The position numbers and the translations under genes were made by a program. Below, piece after piece: positions 51,892-62,221 of a stretch of DNA of 64,000 nt. This stretch comes from an uncultured virus (IMG/VR IMGVR_UViG_3300037991_001521). Taxonomy: Duplodnaviria; Heunggongvirae; Uroviricota; Caudoviricetes; Autographiviridae. The first letter of the stretch is position 1. The number at the start of each line of letters is the position of its first letter. The notes under the pieces are model-generated. The model searched no databases. It was not told the origin of the DNA and saw only the letters and a program-made list of their open reading frames with translations. The stretch covers positions 1 to 64,000 of IMG/VR virus record IMGVR_UViG_3300037991_001521. The stretch is one strand, 5' to 3'.

Positions 51892-54505
51892 CTTCGAATG
51901 GGGTAAATCCGATAATAGCGTTTGCTGCTGCAGACCATGCAGCCTCTGCTTCATCAGTGTACGGGAGAGTGGTTGGCGGAGCAACGTCGATAGCTACACC
52001 ACGAGAATGTGCACTTCCAGTATCGTTAGGACGTAAGTAAGAAGTAACCCTAAATCCTGCCTGTTCAAAAGCTAGCTTTGCAGCAGCAGCCTGTTGTGGA
52101 GTTTCGAATTCATAATGGTTATGGTAGTTTCTTCCACCATGACCACGAGGTCCATCGCCATTGTCATAAACAATACGGCCATCAGCAGTTGACTTACCAC
52201 GAATTGCAGGATCACCACTTACGTATTGAACAACTTTGAACATAGATGTCCTCATCGGTGCCGTAGCAGCCGACTTGTTATCACCAATGTTTGCTCGTCC
52301 AGTTCGTTCAGCAGTGCGATATTTGTTTCTAATATATGTATACGGCGTATCAACATACTGCTGATATTTAGCCTTCATTTCTTTATCTACTTTATCCATT
52401 GACAACTTGAGGTTGCCGTCTCCAATGTGTGTAGAAAGAATCTTTAGAGCAGCAAGCGGTGTCCTGTTAATAGCATCTGCGTAAACAACTACTGCAGGGG
52501 GTATTGCATAGTTAGGATTAGTGTAGTTTTGTGCAAACATCTCGATTTCTTTGTGATTCATCAAAGCTGCGGCTTGCTGTGCTCTGGCATCGTCTGTCAA
52601 GCTACCATCACGCGCAATTTCAATAAGTTTTTTAATGTTCTCTTCGCCAGTAGTTGCAATACCTCTGAACTTACCAGCTTGATCAGCATCAATAGGTTTT
52701 CTACGAAACGCGTCTAAACCTCCTTTAGGTTGATGTCTTTTCTCGAGATCATCCTGCATTTCAAATAAGACAAGATCATAAGCCTGTTTTCTTGCTTTAT
52801 CATAATTCATCTCTGTGTCTGCAGCCATGAACTTCTGCGTGTACGTTCTGTACCGACTGTTATAGTCAGCAATAGCAAGCGCGTAATTTATTTCATTAGC
52901 TTTTGGGTTGACAGCCCTTGCAGCTGTGACTGCTGGATGATTATCAAATTCGTTTTTAAGCTTTAAAAGGTCTGTTTTAGATCCCTCATGTGCATAAAGT
53001 TTTTCTTGAGTCCTTGCAACACCTTCCCAAAAAATACGCCTGTTGATGTCATTGTACTTACCGTTGTTGACATGATCCATGGTCAGACGACCAGCCTGAG
53101 ACAACCTTTCATTGAATTGTTCTGTTTCAAGAGCAACCGCAGCGTCAGGAGTCATCATTTTGACTTTTGCAAATTCTTTGGAAGTCATTCCTGGATACGT
53201 ACGATGCAGCTCTATTTGCAACCTATCAACATCAGCCTCTGACAAAACACCGTCATCCATGCCCAGCTCGTTTGCTCGGTCAATAACAAAAGACTCCATT
53301 TCGCGCTGCTCCCGCGCTGCTTCGGCTTTCCAAGCATCTTCTTCACGCTTAAGGATCTTACGTTGAATTTCTTCTAACTCAGCTGTAGTGCCAGCAAAAG
53401 ACTCTCTAATACTTTTTCCGTTAGAACCTCCTCCTGGTGCATTTAAAAGATTTTCAATATCTTCAACGCCCCAAGTGTAAGCGCCGCCACCTTCAACTGC
53501 CAGTTCAATGGCTTTAACCATGTCCTGACGTTTTTGGTAAGAAGGGTTTTGCCCGTTGTACCGAAGGACACCTTGAAGGCGTTCTGTTTGCCAGGTTGTC
53601 AAAAACGCATTATGGCGGTCACGTGCAAACTCTTCTTTGTGAAGCTTTCGTCTTTCTGTGACAAAGACATCCCTACGGTCATTAGCTAACTCATCCAGTT
53701 TGGAATACACACCAAGTCCAGAAAGAACCTCTGGCCTTGCCGTGCCGACAAAGTGTATGCCAATAAACTCACGCTTTGCCTCATCAATGACAGAATCAAA
53801 ATCATCAATCGGCTGTCCTGTTGCTTCCCGAATCTCGTTAATCTTTGCGTCAAGGAATGAAGGAAAAGCATTCAAAGAATTAGCAAAGAATGCTTTGTGT
53901 TCAATCCACCGTTTAGTGTTTCTATTTTGGTAGATCGTAAATAAAGCATCAACCTGGTCAGGTGCAGCATTTGGTCCCAACATTTTTTGGACACTGTCTT
54001 GTGCAGCAAACTCAGCCTTTGTCAGGTTGTCATTGAGCGTTTGAATTTTGATTAATTCTTCGTAAGTCGAGCCGGATCTTGCAATGACATCGTGTGCAAT
54101 TGCGACTTTTTTTTGTTCCTGCTCTTCTAAATAGCCGCTAATCATACCAAAGGCAGTTTGGCTGAGCTGACTAATTTCTTGCAGCTCACGCTGCCTGCCT
54201 TGGTTCTGACGATCCAGATTGTCCATCTGGATTTTGTAATCACGAGTCAGTGCGTTTCGGTAAGATTCACGCTCAACCGTCTGCATGTCAAAGTTAGTTT
54301 GACGGTTTCTTTCCTCTGCAGCGTTGACAAGACGCTGTGCACGCATATAAATGTCTCTGTTTCTTTCAAGAGACCGTTGTGCTCTTTCCCGACCCTGTAC
54401 TACGCGTTGTTTTTCTTCTTTTATTTTGCCGGTTTGATCTGGAGTTTTAATTTGAAATTCACTAAAACTTCCCGGCTTAGCATATGTTTTGTAGTTTTTA
54501 GGCAT
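51884..54505 (-). CDS. Internal virion protein gp15-like with C-terminal M15-like peptidase motifs, copy B
   Basis: Synteny; NHYEF...VTSYLRPNDTGSAHSRGVAIDV. Confidence 0.78.
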   Translation of the reverse strand: MPKNYKTYAKPGSFSEFQIKTPDQTGKIKEEKQRVVQGRERAQRSLERNRDIYMRAQRLVNAAEERNRQTNFDMQTVERESYRNALTRDYKIQMDNLDRQNQGRQRELQEISQLSQTAFGMISGYLEEQEQKKVAIAHDVIARSGSTYEELIKIQTLNDNLTKAEFAAQDSVQKMLGPNAAPDQVDALFTIYQNRNTKRWIEHKAFFANSLNAFPSFLDAKINEIREATGQPIDDFDSVIDEAKREFIGIHFVGTARPEVLSGLGVYSKLDELANDRRDVFVTERRKLHKEEFARDRHNAFLTTWQTERLQGVLRYNGQNPSYQKRQDMVKAIELAVEGGGAYTWGVEDIENLLNAPGGGSNGKSIRESFAGTTAELEEIQRKILKREEDAWKAEAAREQREMESFVIDRANELGMDDGVLSEADVDRLQIELHRTYPGMTSKEFAKVKMMTPDAAVALETEQFNERLSQAGRLTMDHVNNGKYNDINRRIFWEGVARTQEKLYAHEGSKTDLLKLKNEFDNHPAVTAARAVNPKANEINYALAIADYNSRYRTYTQKFMAADTEMNYDKARKQAYDLVLFEMQDDLEKRHQPKGGLDAFRRKPIDADQAGKFRGIATTGEENIKKLIEIARDGSLTDDARAQQAAALMNHKEIEMFAQNYTNPNYAIPPAVVVYADAINRTPLAALKILSTHIGDGNLKLSMDKVDKEMKAKYQQYVDTPYTYIRNKYRTAERTGRANIGDNKSAATAPMRTSMFKVVQYVSGDPAIRGKSTADGRIVYDNGDGPRGHGGRNYHNHYEFETPQQAAAAKLAFEQAGFRVTSYLRPNDTGSAHSRGVAIDVAPPTTLPYTDEAEAAWSAAANAIIGFTPFEDE

Positions 54506-54520
54506 AATCAGAAAGTTTTA

Positions 54521-55570
54521 CTATAAGCCGGCAACTGTACTTGCAATGCTTAGGCTATTACGGAAGAATGCACCAGCAATGTTAGCTTGATATGGAATGC
54601 TCTTAGCAGGCTTAGGACCTTGCTTAGGCTTGTAAATATCCTGAAATTCAGGCCTAGGCAGTGTAAAGGGACGTGGAATTGGAGGAGGTAATGTTGGCTT
54701 CAAAAGCACACTAGCTTCTGCATCAAGATCTGCCTGTAAACGCTGCATCTTAATTTGTTGACGAGACATTCTATCAGCAGCTACAAGATTGTTACCACTT
54801 AATTGAAGTGCTAAATTATCTTGCATATTTTGATAACGAGACGAAAGCAGATCCATGTCTACTTGCGAAGTACCATTTAAAAGTTCTTCTACAATTTCTG
54901 ACTCAACAGCATTTGCTTCAGCTTGAATTGCGTTCAGTGTTTTAGCACCAGAACGTCCACTCTGGCCGCGTGAAGCGGCTTCACCACTAGCCTTTAAAGC
55001 AGCAATGTTAGACTTTCTGAGTTCAGCAACAGCTTGTGATTTAAGACCTTTTTTCTTGAGTAAAAGTCCATGAGACTGAGCAGTGTAGTTAAGTAGAGTT
55101 TCTTTCTCATTCAACTCAAGCTCAATCTGCTGCTCCATCAAGTTGCGATCTTGCTGCAAATTAGCAAAATCAGAACCTACTTGATTAAATTGTTTTTGAC
55201 TTTCCGCTTGTGCCACTGATTGATTATAAGCACGCAAATCTTGCGCGGTCTCATAATCACGGATACCCATCGCGTAATTATATTCTTGAAACTGTGCATC
55301 CTGTTTAAATCTTAAATCAGCTTCAAGGTTTCTTTTTGCAATCTCAAGGCTTTCCTTTTCGTGCTTATACCGCCTCTTAATTTCTTTACCTTCGTGTTTA
55401 TATGCTTTTTCGTTAAACTTGTTTATTTCTTTGGATTGTTTTTTGGCGTGTTTATTTTTTGTAGATGCACCGCCAGTAAAAATATCCTTAATAGTGCCAA
55501 AAATATTAAGCTCTAAACCAGACTCCGCAAGCTGTTGATCAAGTATATTTTCTTTTGGGTTGAACATCAA
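54521..55570 (-). CDS. Internal virion protein gp14-like, copy B
   Basis: FNPKENILDQQLAESG resembles FNPKGSSLIDEQLAVSG of copy A. Confidence 0.7.
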   Translation of the reverse strand: MMFNPKENILDQQLAESGLELNIFGTIKDIFTGGASTKNKHAKKQSKEINKFNEKAYKHEGKEIKRRYKHEKESLEIAKRNLEADLRFKQDAQFQEYNYAMGIRDYETAQDLRAYNQSVAQAESQKQFNQVGSDFANLQQDRNLMEQQIELELNEKETLLNYTAQSHGLLLKKKGLKSQAVAELRKSNIAALKASGEAASRGQSGRSGAKTLNAIQAEANAVESEIVEELLNGTSQVDMDLLSSRYQNMQDNLALQLSGNNLVAADRMSRQQIKMQRLQADLDAEASVLLKPTLPPPIPRPFTLPRPEFQDIYKPKQGPKPAKSIPYQANIAGAFFRNSLSIASTVAGL

Positions 55571-58203
55571 GCCCTCCTATAGAATCGCGGTGTATATTGT
55601 CCTTCCCACATCATTGCATTTACAGCAACAGGAAAAGGTGAGTTGTTAAACATTTTAAGTCTAAAATTTTCAGTGCGTTGATGGATGGGAATAGTAAATA
55701 CTGTCTCGTTATTTAGGGGTACGTCGTTAGCAAGGTATTGGTTTGCTTCTGCTACAGGTTGAATGTCAAACCATTCATCAATGTAGAACTTAATTGCAGC
55801 ATTATTAGCAGGTGCTGTTGTAAATACAATAGTTGTGTCGTTAGTAAAAGTAAACCCTGTTTCATTGACACCGTTGACGCTTACCTTGACATCAGACCTG
55901 TCAGCAAAATCAAGGTCACGTTTGTTGTAGGTATAGGTAGTGGTAGAACCATTACCAGTAAATTCAACACTGTATGGAAGCCTGCCTTGCTGTTTGATTT
56001 TGAAGCTCATCATGCCTGACAAACCAACTGCAAACTTCATGCGTGCAATAGTTACATTGGCTGTAAAATCTGTAATTGGATTTTCAGGTCGGTAGTATGT
56101 ACGGGGTAGCTCTACATCAAAATTATATTTAAATCCAACAATTACATCATCAGCAACGTTAAGAGGGTCTTCACCAGATGCCGTCAAATTTTTGTTGGGA
56201 ATAATAAAGAAGGTTTCAGTGCTTGGAGAGTTAGGACCGTTTGTATCTGACCCACGTTCAGGTGTGAGGGTAAAACCAGACTCTACAAACGTACCACCAC
56301 TTGTGTCACCCTTGACGACAATGATAGGTGTCAATGACGAGACGTCGTTGTAGGGAATGTAGCACTTAGTACGGTTGTTAGTTGAGTCGTAGATGACTGC
56401 ACTAGATGCAATGTTCTTGTATAGGTCGATAGCAGGGTTAACTTTCTCACCTTCGTTGTTGACAATAATTGCTTGTTCAGGGCTTTGGCTAAGCGCAGCC
56501 TTAAGCAGCGTGAACTGGTTACCCTGTTTAGTCACTGCATACATGTCGTCAGAATCGGCTGCAAGAAACTGCACGTTGCCTGGCATTAACCAACTGACCC
56601 ATGCTTCCATCAGGTTCTTTTCTCCGTCGTTGTAGTAACGGAACAAGAACACCTCATTTAAACTCTGACCACTTAAAGCAATCAAAGAGTTTTGTGGGCT
56701 AGAAATCATCAGGTCTACGTCTGGTGAAATCCATTCCTTAACTACACGAGAGGTGTCTAGGACCTGTGGATTTTCCTGCTGACCACGTGTAATCATACTA
56801 AACACACGGCTATATCCAGGTGTCTTGCTGACAAAGTTGATGTTGGTACCAACGTCTACAGGATGGATGTCACGATCCATCTGATAGTTAGAAAGAGTCC
56901 TAATCGTTGCCAGTGAAGGTGTCAACACACCAGTGTCAGAGAACAGGATAAACTGTTGGTTTTCACTAAACAAAACAACACCCTGAGCTGTAGGCAGTAC
57001 AGCACTTAGTGACGTAGGTCGAATAGAAGAGCAACTGATGTCAATAGGGTCAGATTCAATAACTGTCTGAGCAGTGGTAAAGAAGAAGTTATAGAAATCA
57101 CCTGACCGACTCATGATAACATTGTCACGAGAGATAAAACCTAGACGATTGTTATGAAAGAACCCACCTGTAATTTTGTTGCCTACAAAACTTGGTTGTG
57201 AATTAGTGGTGTCGTCACCTACCTGTCTGTCAACATAGTTAATTTGTCGGAAAATAAACGTATCAGTAGCAGTGTTGACAAGTTCGTGCGGCATGGTCGA
57301 GTTATCAAGACCAACCGAAACTGTTGGGTTAATTGTTTCTTCCCAGTAACCTTCACCACCAGTACCGTTGTGTGCTACAAACTTAACCCAATAGTCTGCA
57401 TCGTTTGCACCAGTCAGTACAACCTTTATAAGCCTACCATTTCTAGACTGTACAGGCAAGTCAGCAGTTGTTGTAACAACATCTTCAATTGCAAGCAAAT
57501 CAAGATTGTTGATACCACCTTCTGCATGGACATCCATGTCAGCAGTGTGTACAAGCTCCAGTTCGTTGGCAAACTGACTGACAGTGATACCAGCATGGTC
57601 ACCAGTCATTGCTTCAATGTCTGTTTTCAAATCAGCAAGAACATCTGACGCATCACTTGAACTGGTGGCTGTAAAGGTTGCTGTCTGCTTTGTGCTGTTG
57701 ACAGTAATATCAATCGTGTATGTAGCACCGTTGACTACAGTGCCAAGGACGATCGACACTGACCTGTGTGGATCATAGTTGGAGTCAGTTACAGCAGAGT
57801 CAGCACTTACGTTGTCTTTGCTATTGATAATGATGCTGGTGTCTTGGACAGTAATAATTTCGTAGTTATTTTTTGTACCGTCCAGGTAACCAGTGCCATC
57901 AGGAAACGTAACCGTAGCTGCATTCCCAGTGACTGCATTCCAGATGTCAATGTCAGTACCTTTGATTACACCAATGTATTCCTCATCGTTATCACGTTTG
58001 ATGTAAAACCACTTACCATCATCGTAGGTAGTACCAGTGCCAAGGTTGAGAATATGCTCAAAACCAGGACGCTTTGTCAAACCATATGTAGCATCAGGAA
58101 ATCCGTTGTAACACTCACGGACCTGACCTGGCAGCATTTTATCATCTGATTGTTTGGAGACGCCACCAAGGTAGCTTCCGACCCGTTGAGTTACTGATGC
58201 CAT
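55567..58203 (-). CDS. Tail tubular protein B (gp12), copy B
   Basis: Homolog of 10394..12994. Confidence 0.92.
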   Translation of the reverse strand: MASVTQRVGSYLGGVSKQSDDKMLPGQVRECYNGFPDATYGLTKRPGFEHILNLGTGTTYDDGKWFYIKRDNDEEYIGVIKGTDIDIWNAVTGNAATVTFPDGTGYLDGTKNNYEIITVQDTSIIINSKDNVSADSAVTDSNYDPHRSVSIVLGTVVNGATYTIDITVNSTKQTATFTATSSSDASDVLADLKTDIEAMTGDHAGITVSQFANELELVHTADMDVHAEGGINNLDLLAIEDVVTTTADLPVQSRNGRLIKVVLTGANDADYWVKFVAHNGTGGEGYWEETINPTVSVGLDNSTMPHELVNTATDTFIFRQINYVDRQVGDDTTNSQPSFVGNKITGGFFHNNRLGFISRDNVIMSRSGDFYNFFFTTAQTVIESDPIDISCSSIRPTSLSAVLPTAQGVVLFSENQQFILFSDTGVLTPSLATIRTLSNYQMDRDIHPVDVGTNINFVSKTPGYSRVFSMITRGQQENPQVLDTSRVVKEWISPDVDLMISSPQNSLIALSGQSLNEVFLFRYYNDGEKNLMEAWVSWLMPGNVQFLAADSDDMYAVTKQGNQFTLLKAALSQSPEQAIIVNNEGEKVNPAIDLYKNIASSAVIYDSTNNRTKCYIPYNDVSSLTPIIVVKGDTSGGTFVESGFTLTPERGSDTNGPNSPSTETFFIIPNKNLTASGEDPLNVADDVIVGFKYNFDVELPRTYYRPENPITDFTANVTIARMKFAVGLSGMMSFKIKQQGRLPYSVEFTGNGSTTTYTYNKRDLDFADRSDVKVSVNGVNETGFTFTNDTTIVFTTAPANNAAIKFYIDEWFDIQPVAEANQYLANDVPLNNETVFTIPIHQRTENFRLKMFNNSPFPVAVNAMMWEGQYTPRFYRRA

Positions 58204-58818
58204 TTATCGATAGAGTGCGTTGTAAGGTTTATAGCTCTGGTAACGATTCGTTTCTCCAGAGTGTCCAAAGAACGTGTAGTCACCTTGGTTGCATTCATAC
58301 TCCATAGCCATAGCCCTGGTGAATGCTTCTTTTTGTTGTAGCATTTGATATTGATTTGTGTCACCAACAATGCGGCTAGACACAATAGAAGCTGCCCGTG
58401 CAGTAATGAAGTCTGCAATGGGTTTAGGCAGGTCTACCCAGTCAAACAACCAGACAATGTCACATTCAATGTCTTGATCAAATGTGTACTTGTGGTGTGC
58501 CTTGTCATACAGCTTACCGCTACGACGGATAACGTCGAGTTCTACGTTTGCTGCGTTGTCAGTTGCGTCAATCTGCAGTACGTTGTTGGGAATAGCAATT
58601 TCGTTGTCAGTGTTACGAGTCATTTTATAATGACCCTCTTTGTTAAATGTCCATCCCTCCGCCTGTACTTCCCGTGAGACTTCAAGCAAAGTCTGATAGG
58701 CAATCGCAACGTCCGGGTTGGTTTGATCTAGGGTAGTCACAGGCGCTTGACCACATGACTGCAGAATTTGATTCACAGCGGGAAGTTCTTGCTGCGAGTT
58801 AGTGGTAGGAAAAGCCAT
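58204..58818 (-). CDS. Tail tubular protein A (gp11), copy B
   Basis: Homolog of 12994..13614. Confidence 0.92.
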   Translation of the reverse strand: MAFPTTNSQQELPAVNQILQSCGQAPVTTLDQTNPDVAIAYQTLLEVSREVQAEGWTFNKEGHYKMTRNTDNEIAIPNNVLQIDATDNAANVELDVIRRSGKLYDKAHHKYTFDQDIECDIVWLFDWVDLPKPIADFITARAASIVSSRIVGDTNQYQMLQQKEAFTRAMAMEYECNQGDYTFFGHSGETNRYQSYKPYNALYR

Positions 58819-58824
58819 ATAAAT

Positions 58825-58850
58825 AAAAAAAGGGACCCCGAAGGATCCCT
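58825..58850 (-). terminator. Intrinsic terminator after capsid, copy B
   Basis: AGGGATCC-TTCG-GGGTCCCT plus T-run. Confidence 0.9.
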
Positions 58851-58869
58851 GTATACGTTGATAAAAAAA

Positions 58870-60015
58870 TCAGAATGCAGCGTTACCAGTAGAACCGACG
58901 GCTGCACCAGCAATCAGTTCAACACAGCAAGCAGGGTTCAGATAGTCAGCGCCCATGGCGAGACGACCCAGAAGCACGTCACCTTGGTAGACCACGGAGA
59001 CGTCACCGCTGGTGACCTGAACTTGAGGACCGATGGCTTCAACACAACCAGCACCTTCGCGCTGGAAGATCAAACCACAGGAGTTAGCGAATTCGGTTTC
59101 TTCACCGTACTCGTTGTTGATGCCAGTGACATCGTTAGCAGCATCCTCAACACTTTCACCGACAAAGGAGCCAGTGTTACCAGGAGAGGTAGTGCCAGGG
59201 TTGGTAGCAGAACCAGTACCATACTTGGTACCGTAGTTGCTGAAGAACGGAATGTTCATGGACTTGAAGATCTTGATACCAGCAATCTCCACAATGCCCT
59301 GACCAGACTGCAGAGCGGCACCCTGCTCGTCACGGTTGATCAGTCCGTTGTTGCCAACTTCCTGGATCAAGGCATAGTATTGTCGTGGGTTGAGGACCCC
59401 GACTCTGCCCTCGCTGCTGACCCCTTTTTCATCCATCGCAGCAGCGGCGTCGAAGAAAGCGGTGGTCAGCTTTTGAGCATCGTAAGCATCAGAAGCGTTA
59501 GCAGTAGCGCCAACACGAATCTGGGTGCCGCCGGGCTCAACAAAGCTAGACTTGGTAATCGGAGATGCAGCACGTGCACCACGGGTGATAGCACGGAAGA
59601 TCAGACGATCATATTTCTGGGCAAGAGCATAGCCAATCTTACGGCTGATCTCAGAGCGCAGATCGTAGTGAGACAGAGTCTCGTCAAGATCATACACGAA
59701 AGCCGAGCTGATGAGCAGGTCGTCAACCGTGATGGTCTTTTCAGCCACCGGGGGCGCACCGTCGGAGTTACCGAGGATAGCGTTTCCGGGGGTGTGGAAT
59801 TCAGCAGTAGTGCGACCCGTGTAGATGAACTGCATAGATTTGCCGTTCTTCAGGGTACGCTTCATGACCAGGTCACGAGCGATAGCATTATACTGGAATC
59901 CTTTGAACATCTCTCCAGAGAAGAGCTTCAAATAAAGAGCGCGGGCGTCTCCCGCGGAGTTAGATTGACCAGCCCTAGTTAGGGAAGTGGTCAGATCAGA
60001 AGACTGATGTGCCAT
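58870..60015 (-). CDS. Major capsid protein (gp10), copy B
   Basis: Highly similar to 13661..14797. Confidence 0.96.
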   Translation of the reverse strand: MAHQSSDLTTSLTRAGQSNSAGDARALYLKLFSGEMFKGFQYNAIARDLVMKRTLKNGKSMQFIYTGRTTAEFHTPGNAILGNSDGAPPVAEKTITVDDLLISSAFVYDLDETLSHYDLRSEISRKIGYALAQKYDRLIFRAITRGARAASPITKSSFVEPGGTQIRVGATANASDAYDAQKLTTAFFDAAAAMDEKGVSSEGRVGVLNPRQYYALIQEVGNNGLINRDEQGAALQSGQGIVEIAGIKIFKSMNIPFFSNYGTKYGTGSATNPGTTSPGNTGSFVGESVEDAANDVTGINNEYGEETEFANSCGLIFQREGAGCVEAIGPQVQVTSGDVSVVYQGDVLLGRLAMGADYLNPACCVELIAGAAVGSTGNAAF

Positions 60016-60047
60016 TTGTTAGGTACGAAATAAGTGTATAAGCAGTC

Positions 60048-60177
60048 TCCAAACGTTTGGAAAGGCAATGTGCCAAAATTTTTTGTGGTCTATCCCACCG
60101 TCATGACGGCGAAGGGTATCCGCGTACGGGCCAACGCCAATGCAAGGGAGGTCCGACTCTGAGGTGCCTCCCAAGCT
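60048..60177 (-). ncRNA. Capsid-leader structured element 3, copy B
   Basis: See copy A; has an extra small GGCA-CAT-TGCC hairpin insertion. Confidence 0.7.
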
Positions 60178-60185
60178 GTTAAGAT

Positions 60186-60344
60186 TTAGTAGCCACGCAT
60201 TTTTTTACGGGCTTCATTGATTGCGTTTTTCCTGCGTTGCAGCTTTGCAGCAGGTGAAACATTCTTTGGATTTTCTAGATGCTTTTTAACTTTGGTTTTG
60301 GCTTTACGCCCAACACCATCAAGAAAAGATTTGACAAGATCCAT
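60186..60344 (-). CDS. Small basic protein (52 aa, MDLVKSFLDG...), copy B only
   Basis: ATG 1 nt after the upstream stop; insertion relative to copy A. Confidence 0.6.
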   Translation of the reverse strand: MDLVKSFLDGVGRKAKTKVKKHLENPKNVSPAAKLQRRKNAINEARKKMRGY

Positions 60345-60345
60345 A

Positions 60346-60498
60346 TCAGAGGAGCCCTTTAAGACACTTTTTTTGTTTGCGACATTGTGGCTTTTTGTTA
60401 CCACAGTGACCACAGCGATTGAAAACAATACTGTTATCTACAGACACAGGGTCCATCTTTGTAACAGCAGCTTTGACAACTTTAGATTGATGTGGCAT
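60346..60498 (-). CDS. Small Cys-rich protein, copy B
   Basis: Homolog of 14947..15099. Confidence 0.75.
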   Translation of the reverse strand: MPHQSKVVKAAVTKMDPVSVDNSIVFNRCGHCGNKKPQCRKQKKCLKGLL

Positions 60499-60514
60499 AA
60501 TGTATTTTATTGTG

Positions 60515-60586
60515 TGTAGGCGTGGGCGCTTTCCGAACACCCACTCCTTAAACCGTTCCTTCGGGCTTTACAATTGTGGAAAGCTC
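60515..60586 (-). ncRNA. Candidate pseudoknotted RNA element 2, copy B
   Basis: See copy A. Confidence 0.7.
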
Positions 60587-60593
60587 TTTGTAT

Positions 60594-60707
60594 TCAGTTT
60601 TTAATTGTGCGCTTGACAATGTAAGCAACGCCCCGATACTTTAAGACAATCTCTTTTTGCTTGGCTTGCTGTTCACGGATGCGCTGACGTACTTCAACTT
60701 GAGACAT
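60594..60707 (-). CDS. DUF4278-type downstream peptide (37 aa), copy B
   Basis: MSQVEVRQRIREQQAKQKEIVLKYRGVAYIVKRTIKN. Confidence 0.85.
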   Translation of the reverse strand: MSQVEVRQRIREQQAKQKEIVLKYRGVAYIVKRTIKN

Positions 60708-60722
60708 GATTAGTTCAGAAAT

Positions 60723-60777
60723 AACCTACCCCCCGTTCCATGAGTAGGTTGCCTGCGTCCCGATAACGGGATGAACG
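60723..60777 (-). promoter_or_regulatory. Glutamine-II (Downstream-peptide) riboswitch, copy B
   Basis: CGUUCA-UCCCG(UUAU)CGGGA-CGCAGGC-AACCUACUC-AUGGAACGGG-GGGUAGGUU. Confidence 0.85.
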
Positions 60778-60793
60778 TACGGCCTGAGTCTAA

Positions 60794-61138
60794 TTAAAAA
60801 TCGTAAGTGAAGCCAACTTTTGTGCCATAGTTGTTGTCACTGTCAGCAGTCATAAACGACACTTCGCCATATGCAGACACGCTGTCTGAAAGGCTGACAG
60901 AACCTCCGACTTTGCCAGAGAATTCAAGTTCAGTGTCACCACCGTCAGGAGCGACGATGGCAGGACCTGCTTGGACGAACCAGTTGTCCTTTTTGTAACC
61001 GACATGGTTGTCAATTACAGTGCCGCCATAGTTTGATCCAGAGAAACCAGAGTTGGCTTCCACGTTCAAATAGGGCTGGGCAGAGACTGGAGCTGCAACA
61101 GCAATGAGTGCTGCGGGGAGGAAAGCAGTGAGTTTCAT
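60794..61138 (-). CDS. Small outer-membrane beta-barrel-like protein with signal peptide, copy B only
   Basis: Signal peptide, alternating beta-strands, C-terminal KVGFTYDF (beta-signal ending in Phe). Confidence 0.75.
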   Translation of the reverse strand: MKLTAFLPAALIAVAAPVSAQPYLNVEANSGFSGSNYGGTVIDNHVGYKKDNWFVQAGPAIVAPDGGDTELEFSGKVGGSVSLSDSVSAYGEVSFMTADSDNNYGTKVGFTYDF

Positions 61139-61147
61139 GTCAGTGTG

Positions 61148-61297
61148 TTAGCGTTTTTTGGCGGTTTTGGCAGCACGCTTGAAGTTGGCGGCAGTCGGTG
61201 CTCCTTTGGAACCCGGCTTCCTCATCTTCTCGTTACTGCCTGCGGCGATACGACGCCGCTTAGCATGGATGTTAGCGTAGAGTCCAGGTTTTGCCAT
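61148..61297 (-). CDS. Small basic protein (MAKPGLYANIHAKRRRI...)
   Basis: Homolog of 15391..15540. Confidence 0.8.
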   Translation of the reverse strand: MAKPGLYANIHAKRRRIAAGSNEKMRKPGSKGAPTAANFKRAAKTAKKR

Positions 61298-61464
61298 CAC
61301 TTCATCCTCCGTTTACGCAATGCTGCAAAATCAGCACCGTCAATTTTCATTTTGTTACCAGCCATCCCAGCAATCTTCTGTTGCTTAGACGACAATTTTT
61401 TGTTTTTGTTTTTATTTTTAGGCCGACCCACTTTGGAGCCGTATGTTCCAGGTCCGTAAGGCAT
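61297..61464 (-). CDS. Small basic protein (MPYGPGTYGSKVGRP...)
   Basis: Homolog of 16055..16228. Confidence 0.8.
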   Translation of the reverse strand: MPYGPGTYGSKVGRPKNKNKNKKLSSKQQKIAGMAGNKMKIDGADFAALRKRRMK

Positions 61465-61466
61465 GG

Positions 61467-62219
61467 TTAAAAATCAATGTCAGATAGTTCAAGCTTACGC
61501 ATAATGTCGTTCCTGTATGCAGCGTCACGCTCGTAACGAGGATCGTTCATAGCATTGACAAGTTCAGCTTGACTGCGGAAACCTTCAGCGGAATCCGAAG
61601 CAGCCCGTCCTTGAATCAGCTCGCCTTCAGTACCCATTGAATCTTGGTACCGAAGGGCAAGTGCCTGAACAGCAAAGAAAGCAGCTTGAGTGTTACCACT
61701 CTCCATAATAGAATCATACATATCAATCTCTTGTTCGGAAAAGTTGTCCTTTGCCCAACCAAGTAGATTTGTGTATTCACCATCACCACCAACCATATCT
61801 TTGAGCTGCGTTGCAGTCTCTTCGGTCATAGGCTCAAACGTATTTGCTTCCATCTGACGACGGTAATCAAGGTGCATCTGTGCTAGGTCAGTAGGATCGG
61901 CGTTGCTCAACTCTTCAAGAATGTCATCACTAAAATTATCATTTATTTCACCTTCCCAAAGACGGTCAAACAAATCACTATCAGTTTCTTCAAGCTGTTG
62001 ATCCTCAACTTGTTCTTCAGGCTCATCACCATCAGCGCCAAGTTTCTTTTGCAGTTCAAGGTATGCAGACTCAAGTTCTTGTGCGTTCTTATATTTGCCA
62101 GCTAGCATCTGTTCATGCTGAGCTTCTAGCTCTTCGCCTACTTGCAAAGAATCTTGTTCTTCTGCATTAAGTTCACCCGGACCATTTTCTTCCGGGATCA
62201 TAGACATTACTTCAGCCAT
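61467..62219 (-). CDS. Scaffolding protein (gp9), copy B
   Basis: Homolog of 16256..17023. Confidence 0.93.
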   Translation of the reverse strand: MAEVMSMIPEENGPGELNAEEQDSLQVGEELEAQHEQMLAGKYKNAQELESAYLELQKKLGADGDEPEEQVEDQQLEETDSDLFDRLWEGEINDNFSDDILEELSNADPTDLAQMHLDYRRQMEANTFEPMTEETATQLKDMVGGDGEYTNLLGWAKDNFSEQEIDMYDSIMESGNTQAAFFAVQALALRYQDSMGTEGELIQGRAASDSAEGFRSQAELVNAMNDPRYERDAAYRNDIMRKLELSDIDF

Positions 62220-62221
62220 AG

